This document shows, piece by piece, positions 47,400 to 60,654 of a stretch of DNA of 64,000 bases (position 1 is its first letter; every line of letters starts with the position of its first letter). The notes beneath the pieces were generated by a model. The model saw nothing but the letters and a program-made list of their open reading frames with translations, was not told the origin of the DNA and made no database searches. This DNA is from Pavona decussata. Its lineage: Eukaryota. Position numbers and translations under genes: made by a program. Location of the stretch: the NCBI GenBank assembly GCA_977016875.1, contig CDRNST010000119.1, positions 682,001 to 746,000 on the forward strand, written 5' to 3'.

Positions 47400-49200
47400 A
47401 CAGTTGGGTATGACCAGGGGTGTACTGGACGTCTATGTCGTAGGCCAGGCTTCTGAGGAGCATACCTTGTAGGCGTTTTGGTGCCCGATCAAGTGGTTTC
47501 TTGGCAATACACTCTAGAGGCTTGTGGTCTGTTTTGATGACAGCGTGACGCTTATAGACAAACTGATGCCATTTCTCCAGTGCAAAGACAGTTGCTAACA
47601 TTTCTTTTGCGATGGTTGCATAACGGGTGTCTGGATCCGTTAAAGCTCTACTAGCATAAGCAAGGAGACAACCTTCTTGCATAAGGACCGCACCAAGTCC
47701 TAGGCTACTGGCATCGCAGTGTATGACAAGTTTCTTGTCTGGGCTGTAGTAAGCAAGAACTGGAGCTTGAGTGACTAGTTGCTTCACCTCATCAAAAGCT
47801 TTGTCTTCCGAATATCCCCAGTACCACTCAACTCCTGACTGGGTCAGTTTCCTAAGTGGCTCCAAGACTTGGGAAAGTCTTCGCAAGAATTTAGCAAGGT
47901 AGTTAACAGTGCCATTCAGTCTCTCAATTTCTTCCTTGGTCCCAGGCGTTTCTAGTTTCAAGATGGCTTCCACTTTGTTTGGGTCAGGTTTCAAACCCTG
48001 TGCAGTCGGCAGATGTCCCATGAAATCCACCTGTTGTACCCTCAGCACCACTTTGTTCCTGTTGAGCTTGATGGACTTCTGCTGGCAAAGTTCCAATAGC
48101 AATGAGAGATTCTTATCATGATCGTGCCTGGCTTCATCAAGAGTGTCGCCAACACCATAAATTAAAATTTCATCTGCTATGCAGGCAACACCCACAAGTC
48201 CTTCCAGAGTTTGGACCAGACGTTTCTGGTATATTTCCATGCTTACACAAAGTCCAAAGGGTAGGCGTGTCCACCTATACCTCCCAAAAGGGGTCGAAAA
48301 TGTGGGTAGGCATGCTAGAGTCTTCTTGTAAAGTACAGTGCCAATATCCATGACTAATGTTAACTTTGCTGAAGGTTTTGGCCTTAGCATGGTCAGGAAG
48401 GATGTCATCAAGCACTAGTAGTTGATAGTGTTCCCGCTTTAGCGCGAGGTTCAAAGAACGTGGGTCTATGCTGGCAGATACGTAGGCTTCCGTTCTTTGT
48501 GGTGGCAATTGCCGTCTGATTCACCCAGTCAGTGGGTTCATCCACTGGAGTGAGAACTCCTGCAGTGACTAGCCTGTCAAGTTCTAGTTTCACTGATTCT
48601 TTTAACTCAATAGGCAGTCTCTTTGGTGGGCAAAGTATCAGTTCCACATCAGAGTTCAGTGTGAGACGCACAGAGCCAGGCAGGGTTCCAATGTCCCCGT
48701 TGAAAATGTCAGGAAATTCATCTAAGATATCTGTGCTATCTACTACTCCATTGACGTGCTCAAACTGGTCATAGTTGACTGTGATGAGGTTCATCTTTTC
48801 AGCAGCCTTGCGGCTAAGCTGGGGGGTGAGCTGTTCATCAACAACGGCAAACTTTACCATGTACTTCATCAGTGTTTTTTGGTTTTCAACGAGCAGCTTG
48901 CAGGTTCCAAATGCTTTCATCTTCACTTTGTTCCACATTTCCAGGGAGACATTGGAAGGTTTAATAGGGCTGTTACCGGTGTGGCTTTTAGGGATGATAC
49001 AGACAGTAGCTTCACAGTCCACTTGCAGACTGACTGGCTTGGTGTTAATGAGCATTTCACAATGAATGGGCTTGTCTTGTTTGGATCGAACACCATAACA
49101 ACGACATTAAGAGTCTTAACTGAAGTGACGTCCAAATCAGAGTCAGAACGGTCAGAGTCTTGACTTACCGAGCAAACTTTGTCTTTTCGCTCACAGGGCA
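47400..49200 (-). mobile_element. Gypsy LTR retrotransposon pol fragment (protease, RT, RNase H)
   Basis: LQVDCEAT, EPTDWVN, TPFGRYRWTRLPFGL, IADEIL, HCDASSLGLGAVL, EKEML-like AKEMLA, TDHKPL. Confidence 0.93.
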
Positions 49201-49316
49201 ACAATCTTTTGCTTTTAGAGGAGCCAAACTCTGGAAAATTGTGGAATAATAATATTAAGTCCTTAAAATGCCCCAAGAATTTTAGCCGTCATTTCGCAAA
49301 TGTTTTATTAGGTTAA

Positions 49317-49980
49317 CCGCTTCACTGCCAGCCCCCAAGTATTGCCCAGTGCCACGGGAGAGTTAATTATTTTTGTGGTAATTTGACAGAATGGTAGAAA
49401 AACAATAATAATGCTAAAACCTGGAGATATAACAAAAAGCAAATACACATGGTTTGAAAGTGCAATTGAAATATTTACTTAGAGCTCATTTTGACATTGT
49501 TACCTTCACATTTGATGCCAGAAACAGAAATTGGACATGATACATTGCTTCAAAAAGCACGACACGAACGCTCAGTCTTCTCAACATTTTTCCCAAAGTC
49601 GCCAACACTGAATGATTCTTCTCCTCTACGACAAATCTATTTCATGTCCTTTACCTTCTCTGTATTACAACCTCTTACTTTTGGCATGATTATTCCATGT
49701 AGAAGAAGGAATTTTCCGACCCGTGAAGAACCCAAGATGGCCGACACATTATTTGTGAACATTATGAGAAAACTGAGCAGACACCTGTTAGAGACTGAAA
49801 CCTAGTTGGTACCAGGCTCCGGAAGGATTTTCTGGGTCAAATATGCCAGGTGCTTTTGTATTTTAGGTGCCAGGGTTCCAACGGAGGTGTTCATTTTCTT
49901 GAAGTACTCAGTACGTCATAAAGGCACACGAAGTAAGAAAAATATGACGTACTCAGTACGTCATACAGGCACTAAAGGGG
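49317..49980. mobile_element. Non-autonomous piggyBac-like element
   Basis: TTAA at 49313-49316 and 49981-49984; imperfect TIR ccgcttcactgcc / ggcactaaagggg; subterminal palindrome tatgacgtactcagtacgtcata. Confidence 0.55.
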
Positions 49981-50929
49981 TTAATATATACTTGTAATAC
50001 TCTTGATACATTTATTACTTAATTTAGATTTTTAACTGTAATTGTATTGAGCTGAAAATCCACTTAGGGAGCATCAATAAAGTTTGTATGTAGTTTAGTT
50101 TTGTATGTATATGTCCAGCTTGGTTTGAAGCCGTTGTGTGTACAGAAACGGTTGCGGAGGTTCCAGAGGAAGATTCCTCGTCGCTCATCATTGAAACAGT
50201 GAACAGACTAAAAATCCCACCGCTGCCATCACATATCAAGACGTCCTCTCGAAAATACAGAGTAAAAGAATGCAGAGTTCACAACAACAAGCTACATATT
50301 TTTTAATGGTGAGCACGTGCTCTCGCTTCATTTTACATACGAGAAATCAGTGACTGACGTAATACATGTCACACCACATGTCACATTATTGATCTAATGA
50401 ATGTATCTCTAACACATCAACATCATTGGCAAATGAAGCCTAATCATTTCCTAGTGTAACAGAGTGTTTATTTTAGAGACTGATGATGTTGATATTGCAA
50501 ATTAAGTGTTCTGGTAAGTTGAAGATTTGTGTGCTTTTCTGTTCCTGGGTAAATAAATAAAATTATGTAATAGTCTTTGAAAGGCCCCCTGCCTCTTACC
50601 GAAAAAGAAATATATATATATATTTATTTGTCATAATGAAAATGAACCATCTTTCATTTCAAGGAAATGTGGGGTTTTTTTAACTGCCATCAATAGCATC
50701 ACATTCTAATTTAGAGATAAGAGATGCAACAGGATCAGAAATTGATGACATCAATCAGGAAGATGAATTCTTGCAGATTATGCAAAGCTATGGACAGAGT
50801 AGACTGTTGACAGTAAGTGACAGAAATGACTTCGAAAATGTCTATTTCTTAGATTTGGGGTTGTACACTCATTTTATGTAAACTGAACATGTGTTCATAC
50901 TTATTGTTATGCTGTTTGCCAGGAAGGTT

Positions 50930-51784
50930 TTGTTGGGTCTTTTTTTTTTTAGAAATTGGCATTTTTTTTTGATGATTTCCAACGAATAAATCCCCAGATT
51001 ACTGCATTGAGAGGCTAGTTGACTTTTCCTTATCCAATCTAGAAATAAAATACGAATGTTCCTAAACATTTCTTGTAGAACTGAAGCACAGGCTAGGCCT
51101 CTCTCGATCACCAAAGTAATGACTTGTTGAAGAGCAAGAACGGCCGACTCAAGGCAAATGTTTTCTTGTACCATACTATCTGACGAGTCACAAAAACGTT
51201 GACAATCACCCATTAAGTTCATTAATTCCTCAAAGGAATTCTCCCATTCTGTCGTTGTTGTTGACGCCATGATGGTAGCCATCTTGTTTCTTTTGTCGGG
51301 AAATAGTCATTCAGTGCATTATGGGGTATGATGCTTATTGACAGCGTTCAGAGTAGTTGTTGACAACGCATCTCGTTTGTTGATTTAATTTGGATTTATT
51401 GAGCGTGGCTGCGAGGCTTGATCTTGCCAGGGCAAGGTGTGGGTTTGATGTTGAATAAAAATTTGCTTGGTGATTAATTTGCAATGTCTTGACCCTGAAT
51501 TTATTTTGTTGAGCTTGAAGTTATACCTCTTGAGGTTGAAGGGAATTTGTTTGAATCTGAGTTAATTTCAGTTGTTGAGCTTGACTCAACTATCTCTTGA
51601 CCTTGGAAGGAAATTTGTTGAGGGTGAATTAATTTTGTTAAGCTTGATTAGAAAAATCTTGACCTTTTCAGATAACGTGTTGAAGGTGACTTAATTTTGT
51701 TGAGCTTGGTCGAAATATTTCTTGACCTTGACAGGAAGTTTGTTGAACTTGAAGCCATTTTTGTTTCTAGAATTTTGCACCATT
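50930..51784 (-). mobile_element. Probable IS3EU-like element 5' end (subterminal repeats plus ORF N-terminus)
   Basis: Terminus resembling TATGG (aatggtgcaaaattctag on the minus strand), repeated ttgttgagcttga motifs at 51340-51750, helical ORF start WENSFEELMNLM...LESAVLALQQV. Confidence 0.35.
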
Positions 51785-52631
51785 CGGCTTTCCATAACCC
51801 AGTGCCTTATCACCTCTGTTTCTTTTGGGATGGGTGTAAACTGCAGAAAGGTGAGGAGAATTTATCACATAGGTCCTGCAAAAAAAATATTGAATGCTAT
51901 GTCCAAGGGAGTGGAAGAGGAGGAAGGGATGGTTTACCAGCTGTCTTTGTTCTTCTGCACAATGGCATACCAGCTAACCACTGTGTGCAAGACATCAGAG
52001 ACCACTGTAAGACAGAAATGTGCGGAAGAGAGATATTGTTTGCACCATTTGATGGACAGCTGATACAAGTTACTCCAAAGCATGACTGTTGCGATAACTG
52101 TGCAGTGAATTGCTCCTGTGGTTTGGGTGATTGTGAAGGTTCATTTAGCTTGAATATGTCAGATGCAGCAGAACTACCTTGTTATTTCCATTTCAAAGAG
52201 AGATAAGTGCACTCAAAACAAAGTCTTTTTTTAAATAGTGCTTTAAAACAGTACAGGAAAGATGGGATTTCACAAGCAAATGAACAAACTGGAAGAGTTG
52301 GTTAGTTGTCCAAATGTTCTGCTTGAGCTTGGTGACTTTTATAGATCAAGTGTCAAACAACTGCTATAATATTTTTGATTTACAAGATGTGTTTAATAAT
52401 GTTGAAGTGTGGCGCAAAGAGCATGCAATTGCTATTGTTAACATTAGTCAATGTTTTGGTGTCATTGAGAAGGTGGCACAACTTGATATTGGACTATTTG
52501 ATGACCTTGATGTTGATTTTGACTGGGAAGAAGTCAGGCATGATTCCTTGTTAATGGACATGGTTCAAAGTCTTGAAGAAGACAGTTTTTTACTGATTTT
52601 GATGACACACTTACAGCAGCTACAAGTCTAA
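51785..52631 (+). pseudogene. RecQ-family helicase C-terminal lobe plus Zn-binding domain (AcademH-type)
   Basis: SFGMGVNCRKVRRIYHIGP, NIECYVQGSGRGGRDG, CGREILF, KHDCCDNC. Confidence 0.85.
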
Positions 52632-53139
52632 ACAGTACTAGTTTTCGGGGGAGTATAATTTACCCTAATCCATGTATTGTAACTGTAAGACAGTAAACTG
52701 ACGTTGAAATCAAGCATAAAAATCTGTCAAAAGGAGGTAGACTCTAAACTGCTTCATTTACCCTTGATTGGATAGTTCGCTGTTACGTGCAAAGTGCAAC
52801 TGCAATCATTTGCACTCACATTACACTGTGACCTGAAAAAGCCTTAATTTATTTTAGAAGTAATAAATCAAAAACGAGTGCGAGTGTTTGACCAAGGTTT
52901 CCAGACACAGAGAAACAAATGAAATTGGCGAGTGCTTTTATTGTTTCGAGATGAGTTTTTGATGTGGCTTCTAAAACTATTCACACTTCTTTAGTAATTA
53001 GGGGGTATTGTTTCAGTGTTTTAATTTCCCATGAGATTATGTATTTTAGTAATAATCAAAACGTGGGAATTTTGTTGTTGTTCGTTGTAAGTCATGTGGT
53101 GGTGAAAATGGCAGTCTTTTGCAGCGAATACCGAAAGCC

Positions 53140-53619
53140 GTTTTCGTTTTCCAAAAACTGGGGAAGAAGAATCAAAGTTGCTGCCCTAAGTCAACTGCCT
53201 ACAGAACCAAATGGGCGATAAAAATTTTTCGCTAATGGCAGATAAATAGAAAAGTTCAAGTTCCTGTACTTGATGCTGGTGGCACTTTTAAAGATAGCCG
53301 TTTTCGTTTTCCAAAAACTGGGGAAGAAGAATCAAAGTTGCTGCCCTAAGTCAACTGCCTACAAAACCAAATGTGCAATAAAAATTTTTCGCTAATGGCA
53401 GATAAATAGAAAAGTTAAAGTTCCTGTACTTGATGCTGGTGGCACTTTTAAAGATAGCCCTTTTCGTTTTCCAAAAACTGGGGAAGAAGAATCAAAGTTG
53501 CTGCCCTAAGTCAACTGCCTACAAAACCAAATGGGCGATAAAAATTTTTCGCTAATGGCAGATAAATAGAAAAGTTAAAGTTCCTGTACTTGATGCTGGT
53601 GGCACTTTTAAAGATAGCC
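53140..53619. repeat. Tandem triplication, 3 x 160 bp
   Basis: Near-identical units starting at 53140, 53300 and 53460, each ending ggcacttttaaagatagcc. Confidence 0.95.
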
Positions 53620-54797
53620 TGCGAGCAAGCTCTCTTAGGCGCGAGAGGGGAAAAGAGGAGAGAGCTTGCAACAATGTCTCAGGAATTTCAATCCCGCTCC
53701 CGATACTCCCCGCAGCTCCCTGCTGTCCAAGCTGTCAGAATTTGGCCAATCAGCGCAAACCGGAAACGATAGTGAATGTAAACAAACATTTGAAAGGTAC
53801 AATGTTATCAGATACACTTCTAAAGACTGCAATCCTTGCTGACAAAAACTATAGTTTCTCTCATCGAGTATGCCTACCGAATGCCACAAAAATCAGAAAA
53901 TTTAGTGAAGGATTTTACTTAATTGTGAGCACATTGATAACCGATTGACGAAAAAGGTTGAGGTCACAAATGTCATCCCAAGGGTCAAGCGAATCTTGCC
54001 GACTGCAGTGTCAACGCCACACAACTACTGGACATAAAAAATGTCGAAAACTAGCCACAGTCCGGCCAGGGAAAAAAGAAAGAGTGCAAGGAAATCGGAA
54101 GGATCTCAATTTTGCAGCCGGTTCTCCAAGAATGAGAATGCAATTCTCATTGTCGACAATGAGGTTTCATTGGAACACTTAACTCGTGTGAAATTTGTGA
54201 TGTTGTGAACGAGTAGCAATGCAGATGTGAGAGTGCCAGATCAAAAGGAAATCATTGCGCTTCTAAAAAGCGTTGCCTTAAAAAGCCGGCAGTTCACTGC
54301 CAACGCCGTACCGAAGCACTCGGAATTGAGTCATTATATTCAGAAAGCTTTAATTTGTGCTGTAAGCTGAAAGATGTTCATGTTTTTTTCGGCTGAGCCA
54401 AACACCAAACAAAAGCTTAAATTTGGCCGACCTTGACTCCCCATCTGAAATGTCGGCAATCGAAGTGGCAGGCATCCCCATTCTTCTTGCTTCTTCAATC
54501 AAGTAATCGATAATGATACTTTGCAATGGGCAAACAACTAACATTGTTTGATGTTAGACTTTAGACTTTCAATTGCTGCAAAAGGTTGAAATATCAAATT
54601 TGTCCCAAATCTCGTAGGTAAAACTGCAAGAACATCGCTACTTTGAAGTAAAGCATTGGCAGATTAACTTTGGTCAGGTTTTAATCTCAGAGTAATGACG
54701 TAAGCACCAAATTCAATATCCACCAATTAGCAGTTGCAAGCTCTCTCCTCTTTCCCCCTTCTGCCCCCCATCCTCAAGAGAGCTTGCTCGCAGGCTA
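53615..54797 (-). mobile_element. Non-autonomous AcademH transposon with a RecQ remnant
   Basis: TAG...CTA termini; TIR tagcctgcgagcaagctctctt / aagagagcttgctcgcaggcta; 9-bp TSD ttttaaaga (53606-53614, 54798-54806); LKPDQ, DVLAVLPT, LVVCPLQSII. Confidence 0.88.
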
Positions 54798-55894
54798 TTT
54801 TAAAGATTATGGAGATTTGTCCAAAATTCAGTCGTTGATTACAGATTTGGCAAATATGGATGCCAACTCTTTAAACTTCTGGCTGAGTAAATTTGTCCAG
54901 GAGGTTGCGAATAGTGAAGGGAAGGTGTATCCAGCAAGGACCTTTTATGGAATTATCTATGGTATCCAAAGGCATTTAGATGAAACTGTGGGAAGCGAAG
55001 CATTAAATCCTTTAGATGCTTCAGATAAAAGGCAGAAGAGGATATAGAATTAATGTTCAATGCAAGATACTCTTTTCATCGAAGAGTACAGTTAGAATAT
55101 AGATTGACCTTTTTTAAACTTTCTATATTTTATTGCAGATTTGCTATTTTCCATCGTTGTCGTGATGCCAAGATGAAGGATAACATGCAGCAAGGTGTGT
55201 GTTTGCAAACAAAGAACTGACAGTGTGGCTGATTAATTATGATTATTAATTAAACTGAAGTATTCTTTTTGTGTTCAATTTGTTTCGTTTTGATCCATAA
55301 ATCTTGATGTCCAATGAGAAGACCGATGAAAACCAAGCGTGGTTTTGATATGTGATCCAAAGTACGTGTGGTTTTCATCTGTGTTTTCATTGGGTATCAA
55401 AACTCATGCACGTGACGAATTTAGCCATTTTTTATTGGCTGTCAAACTTATGACTTATTAACGAGTTTTAGAAGATATTTTCAAGAACCTTGAACTTAAA
55501 TTTCTCTCCTGAAAATTCTAATTATTGCGTTCGACAAAGGAAGAACGCTTCCTAATCTTTTGGGTACCCTGTGCACACAAGCGAAAGCTGACCCGTGTTT
55601 TTTCGTTCCATGGTTCACCTTTTTGGCACCATTTTAAATGATGTCACAATTTGGTTGCGCAAAGCATTGTGCCTCGTGCTTCGCTGGAGTTTGTGTAAAG
55701 CGGCCCGCAGACTGTGTTCGTCTCACAACTCAAGTTTAGAGATTTTGTTTCTTTCACTCTTCAATGAACAAGGACATATACGGGATTATTTGCGATGAAC
55801 AATACGGTGGCACACAGTTTTTCTCTCTCTGAATTCATGAGGTTTCTATAATAATTTCTTATGCTCGTACAAGGCTTTCAATATGCTGTTTAAA

Positions 55895-56445
55895 TCGGAA
55901 CATTCAAAAGGTTTAATCGCCTCATAGCGGTGGGATTTTCGCATAGAGTAAGCTTACATCCAAAATGTTTATTGCTTCATAGCAGAGAAATTTTCGTGTA
56001 GAGTATCAAAAATATCTTTCTTGTTGCAAGTAAAGAGTAGTAGCAAGTAAAAGCAAATAGTGTACTTTCTCAGTAACATTTTCATCTCTCTGAATTCTTG
56101 AGGTTTCGAGCAATAGATTTTTATAGTTGTGTCTGAGATCAAGACTGTCAATATGCTAATTAGACCCCTACCTGAAAAATGTTTATCGCTTCCTAGAGGC
56201 AGAAATTTTGCGTAAAGTATAAAAAATACCTTTCTAGTTGCTAATAAATAGTAAAATTTAGTAGCAAATGGAAATATATAGTCGATCGCCTGCGGTAGTA
56301 TTTTTATTTCTGTTAGATTTTTATGCTTGTACACGCGCATTTGGTTATCTGAGATCAAGACTTTCATATGCTAATTAGATCTCAACATTCAAAATGTTTA
56401 TCGCTTCTTAGCAGCAGGATTCTTGCGTAGCGTATAAGAAAAATG
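55895..56445. repeat. Degenerate direct repeats (~215 bp period)
   Basis: aaaatgtttatcgcttc.tag...ttttgcgta.agtat occurs four times; tctgagatcaagact..atatgctaattaga twice. Confidence 0.6.
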
Positions 56446-57185
56446 CAAATGCAAATGTCGTGCAACCTTAATTGTAATTTTTCCCTGTCAGATCTGTCAC
56501 GTACTTGGGTTTGCCCCTAATCTCAAAGCCTCAGGGTGAAAGAGTGAAATAGCCCCTCATGCTCCAGATGTTTCTTCACCCTCAAAGTTAAGATTTTTAT
56601 TTGCCCATTAACTTTGCTTTATTCAGGCTGGGTAACCAGCAGTAAAACTGTGGTTATTAATTTGGAAAGGAAACTTCAAATATTCTGTGAAGATGATGGT
56701 TATAGCAATAAAGAAAAGTTGTATAAAGAGTGAAACGAACGAAATAAGTCAAATTAAAACGAACAGGAAAGCGCCCACCGTACCTAACTTTTGTCCTATG
56801 TAAGGAATTGAACGCACTCCAATAATCTGTGATTACTACTAGTTAATATTGGTTAACTGATCTCCACAAATTGTGCTTTCATTGCACTTCATGCTGAGTA
56901 TTGGTATTATTTTTAGAACATAATTTGAAGTTGGTATATTTTATGCTATCTTGTATGGCAAAAACGAGGTGTGTTTCATCAGATATCCAAATACTGAGAA
57001 GTAGGTTGAAAAAATAAGGCGCTTTTTTAAAATGACTTTGAGGTGTTACGATATCTGATGAAACACACGTTCAATTGTTTGATATGACTTCTCAAATGAT
57101 CAATAATTCTTGCAGAAATTCAGGCAAAATTTGGCAAAAGTTTATGCTAATTAGGAACATATATCCAAATCATGATCATGGTAGT

Positions 57186-57347
57186 TGTGGTGATGGCCCA
57201 TCATCAATGAAGATAAACACGGATAACTTAAGAGCTTTTTTATTCACACGACAGCAAGCACGCCATTTTACAAGACCATAATTCCTAGTGAACCTAACCA
57301 TCATATAATAAATACGAAATGTCTCAACACTGCATGTAAACATCACA
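57186..57347 (-). repeat. Gypsy 3' LTR (162 bp)
   Basis: Minus strand TGTGATG...CACCACA, preceded by polypurine AAAAGGGAA. Confidence 0.7.
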
Positions 57348-58672
57348 TTCCCTTTTGTGAAAAAGCTAACTTACATGTGCAACTAGCAAATAAAGAAATT
57401 TCAAAATAAAGGAATTTCAAAATTTAAGTCTCTCAGCAAGTAAACAATCTTAACACTCTAACATTGAATTGTCTTTTGAAACTGATCACTAATCCAGAAC
57501 AAAGTCTTTAAACCTAGCTGGCATCCGTACAGATCGGGAAGGTCTGCTCCTTGTCTCCATACTAACTGTTGCATCTGCAGCAGTAGCCGATACTACTGGA
57601 TCTCCTGAGGTTTCAGCTGTGGTGGAGCTTTCAGGCTCTTCTGGAGTTCTGTACGGTTTGACAAATGAACTGTTTCTTCATTGCACTACACCATCGGACG
57701 ATTTGAGGGTTAATTCTTTCCCTTCCTTTGTCTGAACAATGTTAGGCTTGGGCTCAAACTTGGGAGCTAACTCTCCAGCTAGCTTGGTGTTCTTGACCAG
57801 AACTGTCTCCAGGAGCCACTGGGTTGTCAGCAGCATGACGTCGCCCTTCAGCATACATTTTGCCTGTAAGCTTCCGACTCCAGTCACGGTCTCTAATGCA
57901 TTCTTCCGGAATACTTTTGTTGGGACGTAGTCAGGTAGCTTGGTCCTCAGTTCTCTTCCAAACATCATAAACGCTGGGGTTACTCCTGTGCTACTGTGAG
58001 GAGTTGTCCTATATGCCAACAAGAATTTGATTTTAGCAATGTTCTGTTCTGTTGTTCCACTTCTTCATTAGCTTGAGGCCAGACAGGTAGAGATGTTCGG
58101 TGTTGGACCCCATGACTAGCTAGGAAACTTTCAAATTCCTCTGATACAAACTGAGATGCTTTGTCCGACTTAGACTGAATGGGTAACCATACGGTGTAAA
58201 GATTGGCATTAGCGCTTCAATCATCTTCTGAGACGTGGTTGAATGCATGATAACTACTTCAAAGAATCGGCTGTAGTAATCCACTACTACCAGTAAGTTC
58301 TCTCCAGAGAGAAGTGGTCCTAGGACATCAATAGCCACATCATGCCAAGGTACTGATGGTGGTTCTACTCGTTGCATGACCTCAGGTGCAAGAAATTCTC
58401 CCACCACTTGACATCCATGGCAATTTTTGCAAAGTTGTTCAGCATCACGGTCGATTTTGGGCCACCAGATTTTTCATCTTCACAACTCCTTGATGGTCTT
58501 CATGAGCTAAGCGCAGCACTCTACTTCTAAGGCATTGGGGAATAACCATTCTCATTCCCATGTCACTAACTTTCTCAGTATGCAAAGTTCATTTTTCACA
58601 CTAGTGTAATGAGGCATTTTGCACTGTGACCAATCTCCGGTTTGTGTGTAGTGTCTAACACTACACAGTTCA

Positions 58673-59376
58673 GGTTACCCTATACCTTCAGAGGTGTCTC
58701 GTGTTTAAGCGATGTAGCACGTCCAGCTTAAACTGTAGATACGTAAACCCCTATATCAAATTAAAGCTTATAGAGCTGGCTATCAAACTATACCAAGAAT
58801 TTTGAAATGAAATGATTTGCCGAATTTTTCACGACCTGTAAATGCGAGCGTCCAAGCTACCTATTTAAAGCTATAAGTCAAAGCGAATTTTGTTTTTTGC
58901 GCATTTAATTTGCTCTCCACAAAAGCGCTAAAAAACGTGTTTGCGTTTTGCCATATTTAATTGCAATGAAAAGTTATAGAGCATTTTCGAAATAGGATGA
59001 AAAAAATGTGGAGTGATCGTACAAAAATCTCTCAGAGAAAAAATATTTCGAAAGAAAAAATTCGCAGACAAGTTTTTATTTTTTATATGTTAAACTAGCT
59101 ACTGTCCATATTTGAAGGCAAACGAACAAATTCCTTTTGAGTTTTAGCTCTTTGAAGTGGCTCCTCCAAGTGAAAAAATTGATTCGAGAAAACAGCGCTA
59201 AAAAATCGGCAATTCATTTTATTTCAAAATTCTTGGTATAGCCAAAATTCTTGATAGCCAGCTCTATAAGCTTTAATTCGATGAAGGGGTTCAGGTACCT
59301 ACAGTTTAAACCAGACGCGGTACATTGCTTGGACGCGAGACACCTCTGAAGACACCTCTGTAGGTATAAGGTAACC
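58673..59376. mobile_element. Long-TIR MITE (GG...CC termini, 4-bp TTCA TSD)
   Basis: TIR ggttacc.tatacct / aggtataaggtaacc extending ~150 bp; TSD ttca at 58669-58672 and 59377-59380; the Gypsy frame ENDPE|LCSVRH is restored. Confidence 0.88.
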
Positions 59377-59508
59377 TTCAGGATCATTTTCAGATTCCCT
59401 TTCCACTTCCTTGGCAGTCATAGCTTCTGGTGTGCTTTCTTGCGCTACATTTTTAACAAAGTCAGCTTCCTCGCCACTGGAATCTTTCTGATCCATAGAG
59501 TTCAATCT

Positions 59509-60654
59509 CAATTCAATTCAATTCAATTCAATTTATTAAAGCACATTTTTCACGAAGGTAAGGCAAGAATGCACTAGCCCGCAAATAGCATAGGCTAATC
59601 TAGGCGGGTGGTGCAGTTGATTAGTATATATTTACAGAATATAATTTAAAGATATACCAATAATTAATGTGTAATAAGTTAAGTAAAAAATAATGACTGT
59701 CTAAATTAAAATTAAGAAAGTTTCATATTAGCTAATCATACCACTGATATTTGAAGTTTTTAATCAGAGTGTTGACGTCAACATAAATATCCTCTTGATC
59801 AAGAAGTTTTAGTAATCTGGTCTGAAGGCATTTCTTAAAGGAGGCTTTAGTTTTTGCACGGAAAGATTCCGGTAATTCATTCCAGATTTTACAACCTAAT
59901 CTCGAAGATGAGTGGCTCAGTTGTGTCAGCTTTAAGCATTTTATATGAAATTTGCCCGTGGATGCAGACCTGGTTCTATACGAGTGCACAGAATCTACTC
60001 GATCAAAAAGATTTATTAGGTTCAGGGGAGCACTTTGGTTATTGATATCATGCATAAGACTGGCTATAGATTTGAAATAAAGCATGTCAACTGGAAGGAT
60101 ATTAGAACATACGAATAACGGGATGGCATGCTCTCTGTTATTGCGGAAATAAATTAGACGTAAGGCTCTTTTTTGGAGGATTAAGATTTTCTCCAGATTT
60201 GATTTTGAAGTTTGGCCCCATACTGAAAGACCGTAAGAAACGTAAGGATGGATTAGAGAACGGTAAATATGAAGAAGAATAGAAGTGGGTAGAACGTATC
60301 TCAACCGTGATATAATACCAATTGTTTTACTTATCTTAAGCGAAATATAATTAATGTGATATTGCCAAGAGAGGTTGCTGTCGATCAACACACCCAGATA
60401 CTTAACACAATCTTTTTGTTCAAGGTGTTCGAACACATTGTGTTCGCAGTCGAATACTTTTATGTGAAGGCGATTTGCTGTCGCTCTTTGGCGAGGGTGA
60501 AATAATACGTAATTAGATTTTTTAGTATTTAAAGTCAACTTGTTAGCTAGTAACCAATCACAAACATTTTCCAATTCTTTGTTTATTATAAGCTCCAGGG
60601 TCTTTAAGCATTTGTCAGCAAATAGCAGATTCGTGTCATCAGCGAATAAAAAGA
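59509..60654 (-). mobile_element. 5'-truncated L2/Crack-type LINE with an (ATTGA)n tail
   Basis: LFADDTNL...WLLANKLTLN, KYLGVLIDSNLSW, LQKRALR; open to the stop at 59732; 3' stem-loop at ~59570-59616; TSD aatct (59504-59508, 60655-60659). Confidence 0.92.

Larger units (their letters stand above)
53108..55215 (+). pseudogene. Crypton tyrosine-recombinase N-terminal part (DUF3504/KCTD1/QRICH1-like), interrupted by AcademH
   Basis: PKSTAYKTKWAIKIFR*WQINRK...GGTFKD|YGDL...LNFWLSKFVQEVANSEGKVYPARTFYGIIYGIQRHL, intron, FAIFHRCRDAKMK; hairpin-type ends near 52870-52985 and 55325-55410. Confidence 0.75.

Noticed and set aside
24700-57070. Other CTGATGA occurrences (e.g. ~24712, ~25385, ~50480, ~57055) as hammerheads
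   Set aside because: They lack the stem II, GAAA and stem I arrangement; they lie in coding or MITE sequence.
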